In this document: positions 36,671 through 47,000 of the stretch, piece by piece
Layout: each line of letters begins with the position of its first letter
Numbering within the stretch: the first letter of the stretch is position 1
Source of the DNA: Candidatus Kapaibacterium sp.
Lineage (GTDB): Bacteria > Bacteroidota > Ignavibacteria > Kapaibacteriales > UBA2268
Assembly (NCBI GenBank): GCA_963664875.1
Contig: OY761611.1
Span: forward strand, 1,248,001-1,312,000
Direction: 5' to 3'
Length of the DNA stretch: 64,000 nt
Made by a program: the position numbers and the translations under genes
The notes under the pieces: model-generated
Seen by the model: the letters and a program-made list of their open reading frames with translations, nothing else
What the model was told of the DNA's origin: nothing
The model's database searches: none

Positions 36671-38005
36671 ATGAGTGAAGAAAGAGTAGTTATAGACAAC
36701 GAAACCAACCCTAAGATTACGGTTGGTATCGACATCGGCACTACAAAAATTTGTTGTTTAATTGGCTCCCCCGCTCCTCAGGACGGCACTCTTAATATTT
36801 TGGGTGTAGGAGTAGCGGAAAGTGAAGGACTCAACAGAGGGGTAGTGGTCAACATTGACAAAACTGTAAAAGCAATCAGAAGCGTGATTGACCAGGCACA
36901 GCAACAAGCAGGTATAAAGATTACCGAAGCTGTTGTCGGCATTGCAGGCGATCATATTGAAGCTTTTCAAACAAGAGGTATAGTAGGGCTTTCTAATCAA
37001 AACCACGAAATCTCTCGTAGCGATGTAGAAAGACTTTTGGAAGACACCAAAAAAGTAAATATACCTTCGGAAAGAAAAATCATCCACGTTATCCCTCAGG
37101 ATTATATCATTGATGGTCAAGATGGCATCACTGATCCTGTTGGTATGAGTGGTGTCAGAATGGAAGCTAATGTCCATGTTGTAACCGGTCTTGTAACTGC
37201 TATTCAAAATATTTACAGATGCGTTGAGCGCTGTGGAGTCAAAGTTACGGATGTTGTCTTAGAACCAATAGCAAGTAGCACTGCTATTTTGAGTGAAGAA
37301 GAAAAAGAAGTAGGTGTCGCTCTGATTGATATCGGAGGTGGCACAACTGATGTAGCTATCTTTGAAGAAAACATCATCAGATATACTTCTGTTTTTGGCA
37401 TCGCAGGAAGACAGGTTACTGACGACGTTAGAAAAGGACTCGGTGTGATAGTAGCTCAGGCTGAACGTCTGAAAAGAGATAACGGTCACACATACCTGCC
37501 TTCTATCATGAAAGACGAAGTAATAATGATACCGGGTATTGGTGGCAGAGCTCCGATGGAAATCAACAAAAGCTATCTTTGCCAGATTATTCAGCCACGG
37601 ATGGAAGAAATATTTGAATTTGCTCTTGCTGAAATCCGCAAATCAGGATTTGAAAACAAGCTTGGTGCAGGCATTGTCCTTACTGGTGGCACTACTTTGC
37701 TAAGAGGCACAGAAGATTTGGCAAGAGAGATATTCAGAATGCCTGTAAAAATTGGAATGCCTTCGCACATGAATTTATCAGGTCTTGCTACCGAAATACA
37801 GTCGCCTGTTTACTCAACTTCTGTTGGTTTGGCTCTTTACGGTTTGCAGGATAATTATGGCAAAGGAGCAACATCCGATGTTCGTTTGAAAGATGTTCAA
37901 ACTAAAAAAGTCAGTGAAGAAGCACCTGAAGTAGAAGAAGCTATGCAAACAAAAGAAAAGCCTTCTATACTAAATAAAATTTCAAATTTCCTAAAAGAAC
38001 TATAG
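36671..38005 (+). CDS. ftsA: Cell division protein FtsA
   Basis: GIDIGTTKI, PVGMSGVRME, IDIGGGTTD and VLTGG. Confidence 0.97.
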   Translation: MSEERVVIDNETNPKITVGIDIGTTKICCLIGSPAPQDGTLNILGVGVAESEGLNRGVVVNIDKTVKAIRSVIDQAQQQAGIKITEAVVGIAGDHIEAFQTRGIVGLSNQNHEISRSDVERLLEDTKKVNIPSERKIIHVIPQDYIIDGQDGITDPVGMSGVRMEANVHVVTGLVTAIQNIYRCVERCGVKVTDVVLEPIASSTAILSEEEKEVGVALIDIGGGTTDVAIFEENIIRYTSVFGIAGRQVTDDVRKGLGVIVAQAERLKRDNGHTYLPSIMKDEVIMIPGIGGRAPMEINKSYLCQIIQPRMEEIFEFALAEIRKSGFENKLGAGIVLTGGTTLLRGTEDLAREIFRMPVKIGMPSHMNLSGLATEIQSPVYSTSVGLALYGLQDNYGKGATSDVRLKDVQTKKVSEEAPEVEEAMQTKEKPSILNKISNFLKEL

Positions 38006-38051
38006 AATATAAGAAATAAATAAGTTGTATAAAAAATTACAGGGTCCAGTG

Positions 38052-39326
38052 ATGCCAGCACAAATCATGATAGACGTACATACCCCTTCCACTGATGGTG
38101 CTCAGATTAAAGTTATCGGAGTAGGCGGCGGTGGCGGAAACGCAATTAACAATATGATTAGCAAAGGTCTTTCCGGTGTGGAATTTATTGCTGCTAATAC
38201 AGATAAACAAGCTTTAGATCACAATTTGGCACAAATCAAAATTCAGATTGGTGCTGACACTACTCGTGGTCTTGGTGCAGGTGCTAATCCTGAAATTGGT
38301 CAAAAATCTGTAGAAGAAAACGAAGACGAAATCAAAGCTGTGCTCAAAAACACAGATATGCTGTTTGTTACTGCCGGAATGGGTGGCGGTACAGGTACTG
38401 GTGGTGCTCCTACTATTGCAAAAATCGGTAGCGAAATGAATGCACTTGTAGTTGGTATTGTTACTACTCCTTTCATTTGGGAAGGCAAAAAACGCATGAA
38501 ACTGGCAGATGAAGGTATTAACTTATTGAGACAGTATGTTGACGCTTTGATAGTTATCCCTAACCAGCGTTTGTTAGAAATTATAGATAAAAACACAAGC
38601 TTCCAGGAAGCATTCCTTAAAGTTGACGAAGTGCTCTATAATGCTACAAAAGGTATATCTGATATTATTGGTTGCCACGGTACTGTTAACGTCGATTTCG
38701 CTGATGTTAAAACAGTAATGAAAGGTATGGGCGACGCTTTGATGGGAATCGGTAGAGCTACCGGACAAAACAGAGCAATCGAAGCTACTAATAATGCTCT
38801 TAATTCTCCATTACTTAATGGTATTTCCATTCATGGTGCAAAAGGTGTATTGGTTAATATCACCGGCGGTTCTAATCTTACTATGCACGAAATTGCAGAA
38901 GCTGTAAGCATAGTAGAAGAAGCTGCAGGCGAAGATGTAAATTTAATTCATGGTGTTGTTGAAAATCCGGATATGAAAGATGAGATAATGGTTACTGTTG
39001 TTGCTACAGGTTTTAATAAAGTTGAAGCCCCTGAAACTACTAATAACAATGGTACAAATCAAGCGAATAATCCTAATCAGACTCCACCGCAAAAACCGGC
39101 TTTTTTTACGCCGACAAGGCCGTCTTTCGGAATACCAAGGACTGACACAGTAGCTACTACTCAGCCTACTCTTACTCGAGTAACAGGCAGTCCGCGGGGA
39201 TATGACGAGCTTAAAAAATATGATGAACCTGCTTTCAAAAGAAAGCAAAGAGAAGTTCAATCGGATGAGCCAGCATCAACTAACTCAATGATGTCCACAA
39301 GTCCGTTTGCAAGAAAAAGATTCTAA
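38052..39326 (+). CDS. ftsZ: Cell division protein FtsZ
   Basis: GVGGGGGNA, tubulin signature GMGGGTGTGG and NVDFADV; ORF track start 38025. Confidence 0.98.
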   Translation: MPAQIMIDVHTPSTDGAQIKVIGVGGGGGNAINNMISKGLSGVEFIAANTDKQALDHNLAQIKIQIGADTTRGLGAGANPEIGQKSVEENEDEIKAVLKNTDMLFVTAGMGGGTGTGGAPTIAKIGSEMNALVVGIVTTPFIWEGKKRMKLADEGINLLRQYVDALIVIPNQRLLEIIDKNTSFQEAFLKVDEVLYNATKGISDIIGCHGTVNVDFADVKTVMKGMGDALMGIGRATGQNRAIEATNNALNSPLLNGISIHGAKGVLVNITGGSNLTMHEIAEAVSIVEEAAGEDVNLIHGVVENPDMKDEIMVTVVATGFNKVEAPETTNNNGTNQANNPNQTPPQKPAFFTPTRPSFGIPRTDTVATTQPTLTRVTGSPRGYDELKKYDEPAFKRKQREVQSDEPASTNSMMSTSPFARKRF

Positions 39327-39358
39327 TGAATGATAATTCTTTATGAATGCCTAAACTG

Positions 39359-39392
39359 AAAAGACTGCCACGAAAGTGGCGGTCTTTTTTTT
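39359..39392. terminator. Terminator after ftsZ
   Basis: AAAAGACTGCCAC-GAAA-GTGGCGGTCTTTT. Confidence 0.8.
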
Positions 39393-39462
39393 CAATTTTT
39401 TTGTAAAGAATTTTGTGCAGAGGAATTTGTTATAAATGATAATTTTGATTTTCCTGAAGGGA

Positions 39463-40443
39463 TTAGAGATCGAAAGAATAGTTATATCCAAAATTGATGT
39501 TCCAATACCCTGACACATCATAAGAATATTCTTCATTCGCAATGGGTATTGCAGGTCCTATTTCCAAAATTACTCCATAAAGCTGTAGCTGTAACATAGC
39601 TCCTGTAAAGAAATAATCTTCTGTATAATAGTATTCTATAAAGTATATATCTCCTCTTGATATATAATGGCTTCTTTCAGTCTTTTTTTCAGCTTGATAA
39701 CCTAAACATATTCCTGCGTTTATGCTGAATAAATAATTTTCAGTTGTGTAAAGATTGAATAAGATACTACCCTGTAAGCCTAGCAATTCTCCCCCAGCAC
39801 CGCCAAGTAAAGCAAACTCCAAATCTTTAGTATGCAAACCAACAGCAAGATTAAACAAACCAGGAGTGCCGATTCTAAAGCCTAAATATCCAAAATTGCC
39901 TGAATATGTGTTTCGATAATAGTCGGGTAGCTGATTTGGATTTTGATACTGCTGATTAACCTGCATATCATATAGATAATTTTCTGGATGTTCCTGTTTC
40001 CTATCATTTTTATCTAATTGGAGATTTTGATTCCCGTCAATAATTTGGATTGTCTTTTTTGTGACTGGCCAAGATACTTCATCTTCCTCAAAATAAGTCA
40101 CTTTAGCGATTTGAGATTGCTCTATCTCTAAGACAACACCATCAGAAGCAGTGATCTTATAAGTCCCGTTTGTTCTGTCAACAATACTGCCAATGATTTC
40201 ATATCCATTTGTAGTTTCAATGCTGCACAACAAAGGAAGAGTTTTCTCAATAAGAGATTTATTGATTTCCACAGTCAGCCCGGAGTCAAATTCTTTAAGC
40301 TTGATAGTAGTTTCTGTTTCCGAAAGTTTTTCTCCGAAATAAACATCGCCAGATTTCATTACATACTTTTCGTCTGCATGTACAGATAGCGCAAAGAGCA
40401 TTTGAACAGCAAAAAATAGAATCAAAGTTTTAAGCATTTTCAT
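39463..40443 (-). CDS. Hypothetical exported protein: two small N-terminal beta repeats and a probable C-terminal outer-membrane barrel
   Basis: Signal peptide (VHA); two xxxxGxxxxG..I repeats; amphipathic aromatic C-terminus. Confidence 0.5.
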   Translation of the reverse strand: MKMLKTLILFFAVQMLFALSVHADEKYVMKSGDVYFGEKLSETETTIKLKEFDSGLTVEINKSLIEKTLPLLCSIETTNGYEIIGSIVDRTNGTYKITASDGVVLEIEQSQIAKVTYFEEDEVSWPVTKKTIQIIDGNQNLQLDKNDRKQEHPENYLYDMQVNQQYQNPNQLPDYYRNTYSGNFGYLGFRIGTPGLFNLAVGLHTKDLEFALLGGAGGELLGLQGSILFNLYTTENYLFSINAGICLGYQAEKKTERSHYISRGDIYFIEYYYTEDYFFTGAMLQLQLYGVILEIGPAIPIANEEYSYDVSGYWNINFGYNYSFDL

Positions 40444-40727
40444 ATTAAATCTTACAATAAATGAATGACGTAAATGGTAGAATCATACCGCAATGTGATT
40501 TATTTTTGATATGATAATTACTAAGCATATAATATACGAAAATTCCAAAATATGTAAAAAAGTATATTTCCAACTATCTTCTTCATTTAGTTTTTTTCTC
40601 TGTAACACTCTTAAGAAATCACGCAATGTTATTTCTCGGGAAAATATTTTTCATTTCTTTTGTACCCTTTTTATATTTTAGTATCTCTTCCTTATGTAAG
40701 ACGAAAACAAAAAACGGTAACGGGATT

Positions 40728-41213
40728 TTGGAACAAGACAGAAAATTTATGGGTTTGCTCGAACCTAACCTTGAGAAACTATGGAGGTTTATACTTTCAT
40801 TTATCAGGGATAAGGACGATGCTAAAGACATCATGAGCGACACCATGCTGGCTGCATACGAAAATTTCAGCAAATTAGAATCGCACGAGGCTTTTCTTAG
40901 CTGGCTTTTTACTATAGCCCGACGCTTAGTTTACAAAGCAGGTAAGAAAAGAGCAGAAATTTTCGGTTCCTCACATTTCGAATTAGATGACTTCAAATCC
41001 GGCAATCTGTCGCCGCAGGAAGTTAGCGAAATGAATGACCTATATTCGGCATTAGATAAATTGCCGTCAGAGCAGAAAGAAGCCATTGTTCTGACCTCAA
41101 TTTACGGCTTCTCTCTTGCCGAAGCAGCCGGGATACAAGGTACAACCCCCAACACCGTGAAAGTTAGAATCTATCGTGCAAAACAAAAACTAAAAGAACT
41201 TTTAGGATCTTAG
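40728..41213 (+). CDS. ECF-family RNA polymerase sigma factor
   Basis: DAKDIMSDT, FLSWLFTIARR, ALDKLP.EQKEA and NTVKVRIYRAK; probable TTG start (ORF track start 40626). Confidence 0.92.
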   Translation: MEQDRKFMGLLEPNLEKLWRFILSFIRDKDDAKDIMSDTMLAAYENFSKLESHEAFLSWLFTIARRLVYKAGKKRAEIFGSSHFELDDFKSGNLSPQEVSEMNDLYSALDKLPSEQKEAIVLTSIYGFSLAEAAGIQGTTPNTVKVRIYRAKQKLKELLGS

Positions 41214-41214
41214 C

Positions 41215-43305
41215 ATGCAAGACTTAGAAAAATATCTCAACACAGCACGAAAAGCAGAACTTGATAATGTTCCTTTTGATAAGGAGAGCATTGACTCGAT
41301 GCTGCAAAAACACAGGGAAGCCGGCTCCCAAAACTTTTTCAAAAAGATAATATCAAAATACGGGAAGCTAAAAATGTATTCTATAATGACTTTTATAACA
41401 GCAACCATGCTGTTCCTTAGCTCTATGCTTTTAAATATTGATGGCGAAAACCCAACTGTTACAGCAAAAAATATTACTATAACTAACGGAAACGATACAA
41501 CTAACATCGAAAACTTCGCATCCACAGGCAAAAACGCAAAAGAAGTAGTGGAAGATTTGGTAAATGAAGTAGAAAAAGTTAAAACTGGTGAAGGTGGAGA
41601 TGATGGTGAATATATAGATGAAATCACTTTCAAAAATCAAGTTTTACAATCTGATACTATAATTGACAGAAGGATAGTAAGTAGGTTGTTAGATGAGTAC
41701 ATGGAGACTCATTCCTTCAAAGACACAACCATTACCTTCTATAGCACCTTAGGGATGAAAGACGAAAGTCTAATTAGATGGAAGGATTTGGAATTTGATG
41801 CTAAAACTTGGGAATTTAGTGCAAATATGAACTACTGCTTGCATATAAAATATGACAAAGATGCTCGTTCTTCTCTACGCAATACTAAAATTACCATTAC
41901 ACCTGAAGATTCAACGTTGATTAGAATCCATGGCGTACTTGAAAAAGAGCTATCTGATTTGGTAGATATACAATTCTTAAAATCACTTGGTTTTGTAGAT
42001 TTAGAAGTGTTTTATTCTTCTTTGTCTGAATATATTCAAAATATAGAATCAAAAACGAAAAATAAAAGTATACTTATGGAAGCTGTAAGTATGTTCGCTT
42101 ACTTGAATAGAAAGTTATTAAACAACCCATTTAAAGGCTATAAATTTAAAGATAGAGGTATAGTATTATCTAAAAATGACCTGCAAAATTTGGATATACA
42201 GATTTTGGAAGATCGTGTGCTTTTCCCATCTACTGAAATCTTTTGCGATGAAAAGCTTAAAACAGAATACTCAGAGATATATAGTGCACACTTTGGAGAT
42301 AGATTTACTCCTTTTGAAGATAGTAATAACAATATGGTAGTTTACAAGAATAGTGGCTATTCATGGAAATGGGTAGAAGGTACAGATACTAACTGGGAAA
42401 AAACTGTTCGTTATATCTATCATGGGTTTGAAAATGACAATGAAGATGATGAAATAAAAAAAGCAAGAATTGGAGGTTATATAGCAAAAGTATATAACAG
42501 TCCATTGGCTGAAAAAAGTATCGCAATTACTCCGGTAACTAATTCTATTGGCATCTCTGTTTCGCTACATCAAAAATATTTACATGATTCAAATCTGCAG
42601 GAACTTAAGGAATTATATAACTTAGGGACACAAAGAAGAATTACTTTTGATGCTCTGAACGATTATCTTGAAAAACCTATTTCTGAAAGAGACAGTAAAA
42701 AAGAAGAGGAATTAAAATTAGCAAGTACTACTGCTGAAATTTTAGCCGATAACGCTCTGCATACTCTACAATACTCAAAACTTATTCCTATAGAAATACC
42801 TGTGCCTTACGGGATACATACAGAGGAAGAGCTTGCAAATCGCGATTATTCAAGTATCACTTTGTGGTACTATCCGGATGCAAAATTCTTGGACGCACTA
42901 CCTGAAGACATTCGTAATCAGATTGTTCACGAGATGGATTTGATAGAATCTGTTATAGCAGGTGAATTGCCGGCAGACGAAGCCTGCAGCGCTCTTGGCG
43001 GAAAAGAATCACTACTTGGTCTTTGTAATCTGACTGAAATAGCTATTAAAGATTTTGTATCTGCTCCAAATCCAACAAGCGGCGATTGCAGAATAAGCTA
43101 TTCACTTTCAAAAGACAGATTTACAAAACTTATGCTTTTAGACAACTCAGGCAGATACGTAAGAGACATTAGTGATTGGACGAATCAGGCAGCAGGAAAC
43201 TATGATTTGAACATAAACATTAGCTCGCTTCAAAGCGGCAAATACATCATAGCGATCTTCACAAACAAAAACGAAAAAGTAAGTTTCAAGCTGATAAAGA
43301 AATAA
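41215..43305 (+). CDS. Putative anti-sigma-like membrane protein with C-terminal T9SS type A sorting domain
   Basis: About 50-aa soluble N-terminus, then one hydrophobic helix; ends APNPTSG..I.YSL....L.D.SGRYV....L.SGKY.I......KLIKK; starts 1 nt after the sigma stop. Confidence 0.65.
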   Translation: MQDLEKYLNTARKAELDNVPFDKESIDSMLQKHREAGSQNFFKKIISKYGKLKMYSIMTFITATMLFLSSMLLNIDGENPTVTAKNITITNGNDTTNIENFASTGKNAKEVVEDLVNEVEKVKTGEGGDDGEYIDEITFKNQVLQSDTIIDRRIVSRLLDEYMETHSFKDTTITFYSTLGMKDESLIRWKDLEFDAKTWEFSANMNYCLHIKYDKDARSSLRNTKITITPEDSTLIRIHGVLEKELSDLVDIQFLKSLGFVDLEVFYSSLSEYIQNIESKTKNKSILMEAVSMFAYLNRKLLNNPFKGYKFKDRGIVLSKNDLQNLDIQILEDRVLFPSTEIFCDEKLKTEYSEIYSAHFGDRFTPFEDSNNNMVVYKNSGYSWKWVEGTDTNWEKTVRYIYHGFENDNEDDEIKKARIGGYIAKVYNSPLAEKSIAITPVTNSIGISVSLHQKYLHDSNLQELKELYNLGTQRRITFDALNDYLEKPISERDSKKEEELKLASTTAEILADNALHTLQYSKLIPIEIPVPYGIHTEEELANRDYSSITLWYYPDAKFLDALPEDIRNQIVHEMDLIESVIAGELPADEACSALGGKESLLGLCNLTEIAIKDFVSAPNPTSGDCRISYSLSKDRFTKLMLLDNSGRYVRDISDWTNQAAGNYDLNINISSLQSGKYIIAIFTNKNEKVSFKLIKK

Positions 43306-43330
43306 CACAATTTCAAAGTAAATTTTCCGG

Positions 43331-43368
43331 AAATGTAGAGGCGCAAAATATTACCGCCTCTGCATTTA
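43331..43368. terminator. Putative bidirectional terminator
   Basis: AAATGTAGAGGCG...CGCCTCTGCATTT. Confidence 0.65.
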
Positions 43369-43409
43369 ATTTTTTGAGCGTAAATTGTCTTAAAAATAAG
43401 CCAATTTAT

Positions 43410-44009
43410 TTATCCTATAAATCCCTTATCATTGATTTTTTCAAGTAAATACTTTGCCTCTGCTTCATCTAAGCCTGAAGCAAATAGTATTGTTTTAAAT
43501 CCGTAATCGAATTTGAGAGAACCCGTAGTAGCCATACCCGGAAAACTGAAATTTGACAAATTTCCCAAAAACGGGAAACTTGATATAGAAGTATTTAATT
43601 GTATATTTTTGATTTCTTTAATATCGTAAGACTTATCAGGTGAAAATATTGAATATTTCTTTGCGATGCTCAGCTCTTCTCTGTTTATTTTGATAATTTC
43701 TTTACCTTTAAACATCCAAATCCAGCTTTTTAAAGCAAAAAAGCCTCCAAAAGTCCAGGCTACAAACCAGAAAGAAAGAAAAATATATTCAAAAGACAGT
43801 ACTCCAAAGCTATCTAATCCACCCACCGAAAAATGCAATACTGCACCCAAGAGCATAACTAAAACTGATAATTCTCCAAACAACCACATACATAACCAAA
43901 ATGACAGGAACAGAAAAACAAAAATATTCCTTTTGACAGGTATCTCTATTGTTAAATCTCTTAATGTTTCTTCTACTTTTGCACGACCTGCGTAAGGCGA
44001 CTCTTTCAT
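43410..44009 (-). CDS. Hypothetical membrane protein
   Basis: Two Trp/Phe-rich TM segments followed by a soluble C-terminus (FDYGFKTILFASGLDEAEA). Confidence 0.6.
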   Translation of the reverse strand: MKESPYAGRAKVEETLRDLTIEIPVKRNIFVFLFLSFWLCMWLFGELSVLVMLLGAVLHFSVGGLDSFGVLSFEYIFLSFWFVAWTFGGFFALKSWIWMFKGKEIIKINREELSIAKKYSIFSPDKSYDIKEIKNIQLNTSISSFPFLGNLSNFSFPGMATTGSLKFDYGFKTILFASGLDEAEAKYLLEKINDKGFIG

Positions 44010-44044
44010 ATCTTAGTCCTTATAATGATAATGTTAAATTCCAA

Positions 44045-47000
44045 CTACAGCTTCCCGTAGCCGTTCACACCTGCCTGAATCATCAGACCGGCTGCTCGCT
44101 CTGCCTGTAGAGTGAATGTTTCTATTCTGGCTTCGATAACCTGCGGGTAAACGTTCCCATCTGTTTCTATTGTAAGGAACGGGATATTCATATTCCCGTT
44201 AAATATTTCTGACATACGGTAGCTCGGGTTATGCGTTTGCATGATTTCTAATTTCTTAGCGACTGTCATTTCCGGTGCTGTTATAGCTTCGGAAAATCTT
44301 GTTGGCATACATCCAAAAGGTCCAATATTAATAACACCGCAGTATTTATCTAATGTTTCATGCAGTGCCACACCCAAAGTCAAGCCCGGCTCGCCTTTAT
44401 ACTCCAAAGGAAGAATGTGCTTGCTATGGTCAAGTAGAGGTGCTATCTCAGTTTTCATATACTGATAGTAACCCGATTTTTCGAGTATTTTCTTGACTTT
44501 TTTCTCAGCACCGCGCATAAAGTACTCACGTACAAATCTTTCAAATTTCTTTTTGATAGACTTGTCCGGCTCGAGCAAATTGATTTTCAGCAAATAATCT
44601 ACATAGAAAACCCACTCACTTATGTAAGCATCTTTTACTACAAAGCCCTTTTTAGCAAAGTGTTTATTGAGCCACTTATGAGAGAATCCGTCTCTTCGGA
44701 CATATATCTCCCCTACTAAAGCTACATATTTGGAGTGATGAATAGGTATTCGTGCAGCAACTTTTGCTTTAATATTTTTTGATAAAGTCTCTAATGAAGA
44801 GTAGAGAGAGCCTTTGTCTTTGACAAAGTTTGCTTTTACTTTTTCGTATTCTTCGTAAAATATCTCCAATCCTTTGTCAGGGTCAACTGCATTTGCCATA
44901 ATCGCAGAGCGAACATCATCAAGCACATCACTAACAATAATCGCCTGAATAGCAATTTTAGAGAAGTCACTACCAAAACCGGCAAAACCGTCTTCATTCA
45001 TCAGTGTTACCTGAGCAACATTTTCTAATTTTTTGCTACGAATGACATGGCGCATAAAAACAGGATACTGTCCTAAACGGCAATTCCCTGCACCCTGCAC
45101 ATTGAAGAATGCAACGTATTTCTCATCTCTGCGGTGATTTTCAAGCCAGTCAAGCATACCGCCAGCCATTAGCACTATCGGCAAACACTCTTTACCATTC
45201 GCTACAGAACGACCGTATTTCAGAACTTCCGGTGTAGCTTCCGGTAGAGCATGAGCATTATATCCTATAGCTCTGAAAGCAGCGGCTACCATCTCAGAAG
45301 CCAAATCACCCATCGATGGTATCAGAATAGCAACTTCAGGACTTTCCAATGGTATTTTTTTGCCGTCGCTCGCAATAAACCATGACTGCTTGTCATCGAG
45401 TATAACATCTGCAATTTGGAAATCATCTTTTTTATCTTCTATTTTTTGCTGCTGCATTTTGCGATAATTCGATATTACATCTAAGGCAGCATCTATTCTC
45501 GTATTTATGCCCGCATCTGCCGTGTGTCCGTCGAGTTCTAAGGTAAGTGAAGGTTTTGTACCCATCATCTCCCTAAACGTCGTTAAAAGCATTGAATCAG
45601 GGCCACAAGAGAAATTAGAAATATAAGTCGCAAATAGTTGAGGGTGTTCCTGAACTATTTTAGCTGCTTTTAAAATTTTCTTACCGCCTTCCCAATACAT
45701 ATTATCTTCAATCGGCAAATCGCGATAATCAAATAAATCAAAAGGAACTACATATACACCTTTAGAAGAAAATTTGCGAGGAATACCTTTGTTCGCAGTA
45801 TCAGTGAAAGCATTATAAGGTCTGCCAAGTATCACAATAGCAGTTCTTTCGGGGTCTTCTTCCAACATGGCTAGGAACTTACCACCAAGTTTGCGTTTTT
45901 CAGCTTGATATTCATATTGAATTTTTACTGCTTCTTCGAAAGCTTTGTCAATCCTGCTGCGGTCTGAAACACCCATTTTAAGGGCAGATTCTATAAATCT
46001 TTCCTTCTCTTTTTGCAATCCGTTAGCAAAGTTGAGATGCGGAGCTATTACCTTATCTAAATCAACTAAATCTTTGAAAGCCTGTTTAAGATAATATGTT
46101 TCTCCGGACAAAAACACACATGTACAATTAAAATCAAGCCTTTGGTATGTACCTTCTTCAACCTGCATCTCAAAAATCGACGGAATAAAATAATAATCAG
46201 GATTTAGATCAATCAACTCACGAAAATACCCCAATGATAACTGAGCAGGGAAGCAGAATGATGTAGCTTCTCTCTCCTGTCCCTCAGGATGAAGTTTCTC
46301 AGGGAGAACGACTTTAAAACCAAGCTTCGAAAAGAAATTAAAGTAAAGCGGATAAAGGCTATGAGTATGGAAACTTAAATTTATTCCTACAGTCGGAGCA
46401 TTGTCAGGTAGATTTACACTCTCGCAGAATGATTCATAAGTAAGCTCATTTCTTCTTTTAACATAGTCAAATTCTGTTATTTCTGAGCGCTCACCTGAGA
46501 GATTATAATACTTATCGCAAGCACCACCGAAAGGATATGTTTTCCCGTCAATTTCTATTCTTGCGATACTGCATTTTAAATCACATTTTTCTTTACCACC
46601 GGCACAAATAAAGTTCTCTTTATAGCTAACTTCTCGTTGAGACAGAGCCGACAGGTCAAACTCTTTCTTTGGCATAATCCCCAGTTCAATTCGCTCCGCT
46701 ATGCCCAGAGCCACACCAAAAGCCCCCATCAGTCCCGGGTCCGGTGGCACAATTATATCTGCACCTGTGAGAGCAGCCATTGCAACCGGAATCGCTTTAT
46801 TATAACATACACCGCCTTGCATAAATATCTTATTTCCGATATTTCTGTTGCCTTTTACTCTATTTACATAGTTCATGCAAATAGAATAAACCAATCCGGC
46901 AACTACGTCTTCCTTACTGATACCTTCCTGCATTGCTGTTTTAATGTCCGAACTGATAAAAGCAGCACACTGGTCGCTAAAGTTTGGAGGACGCTTAGCA

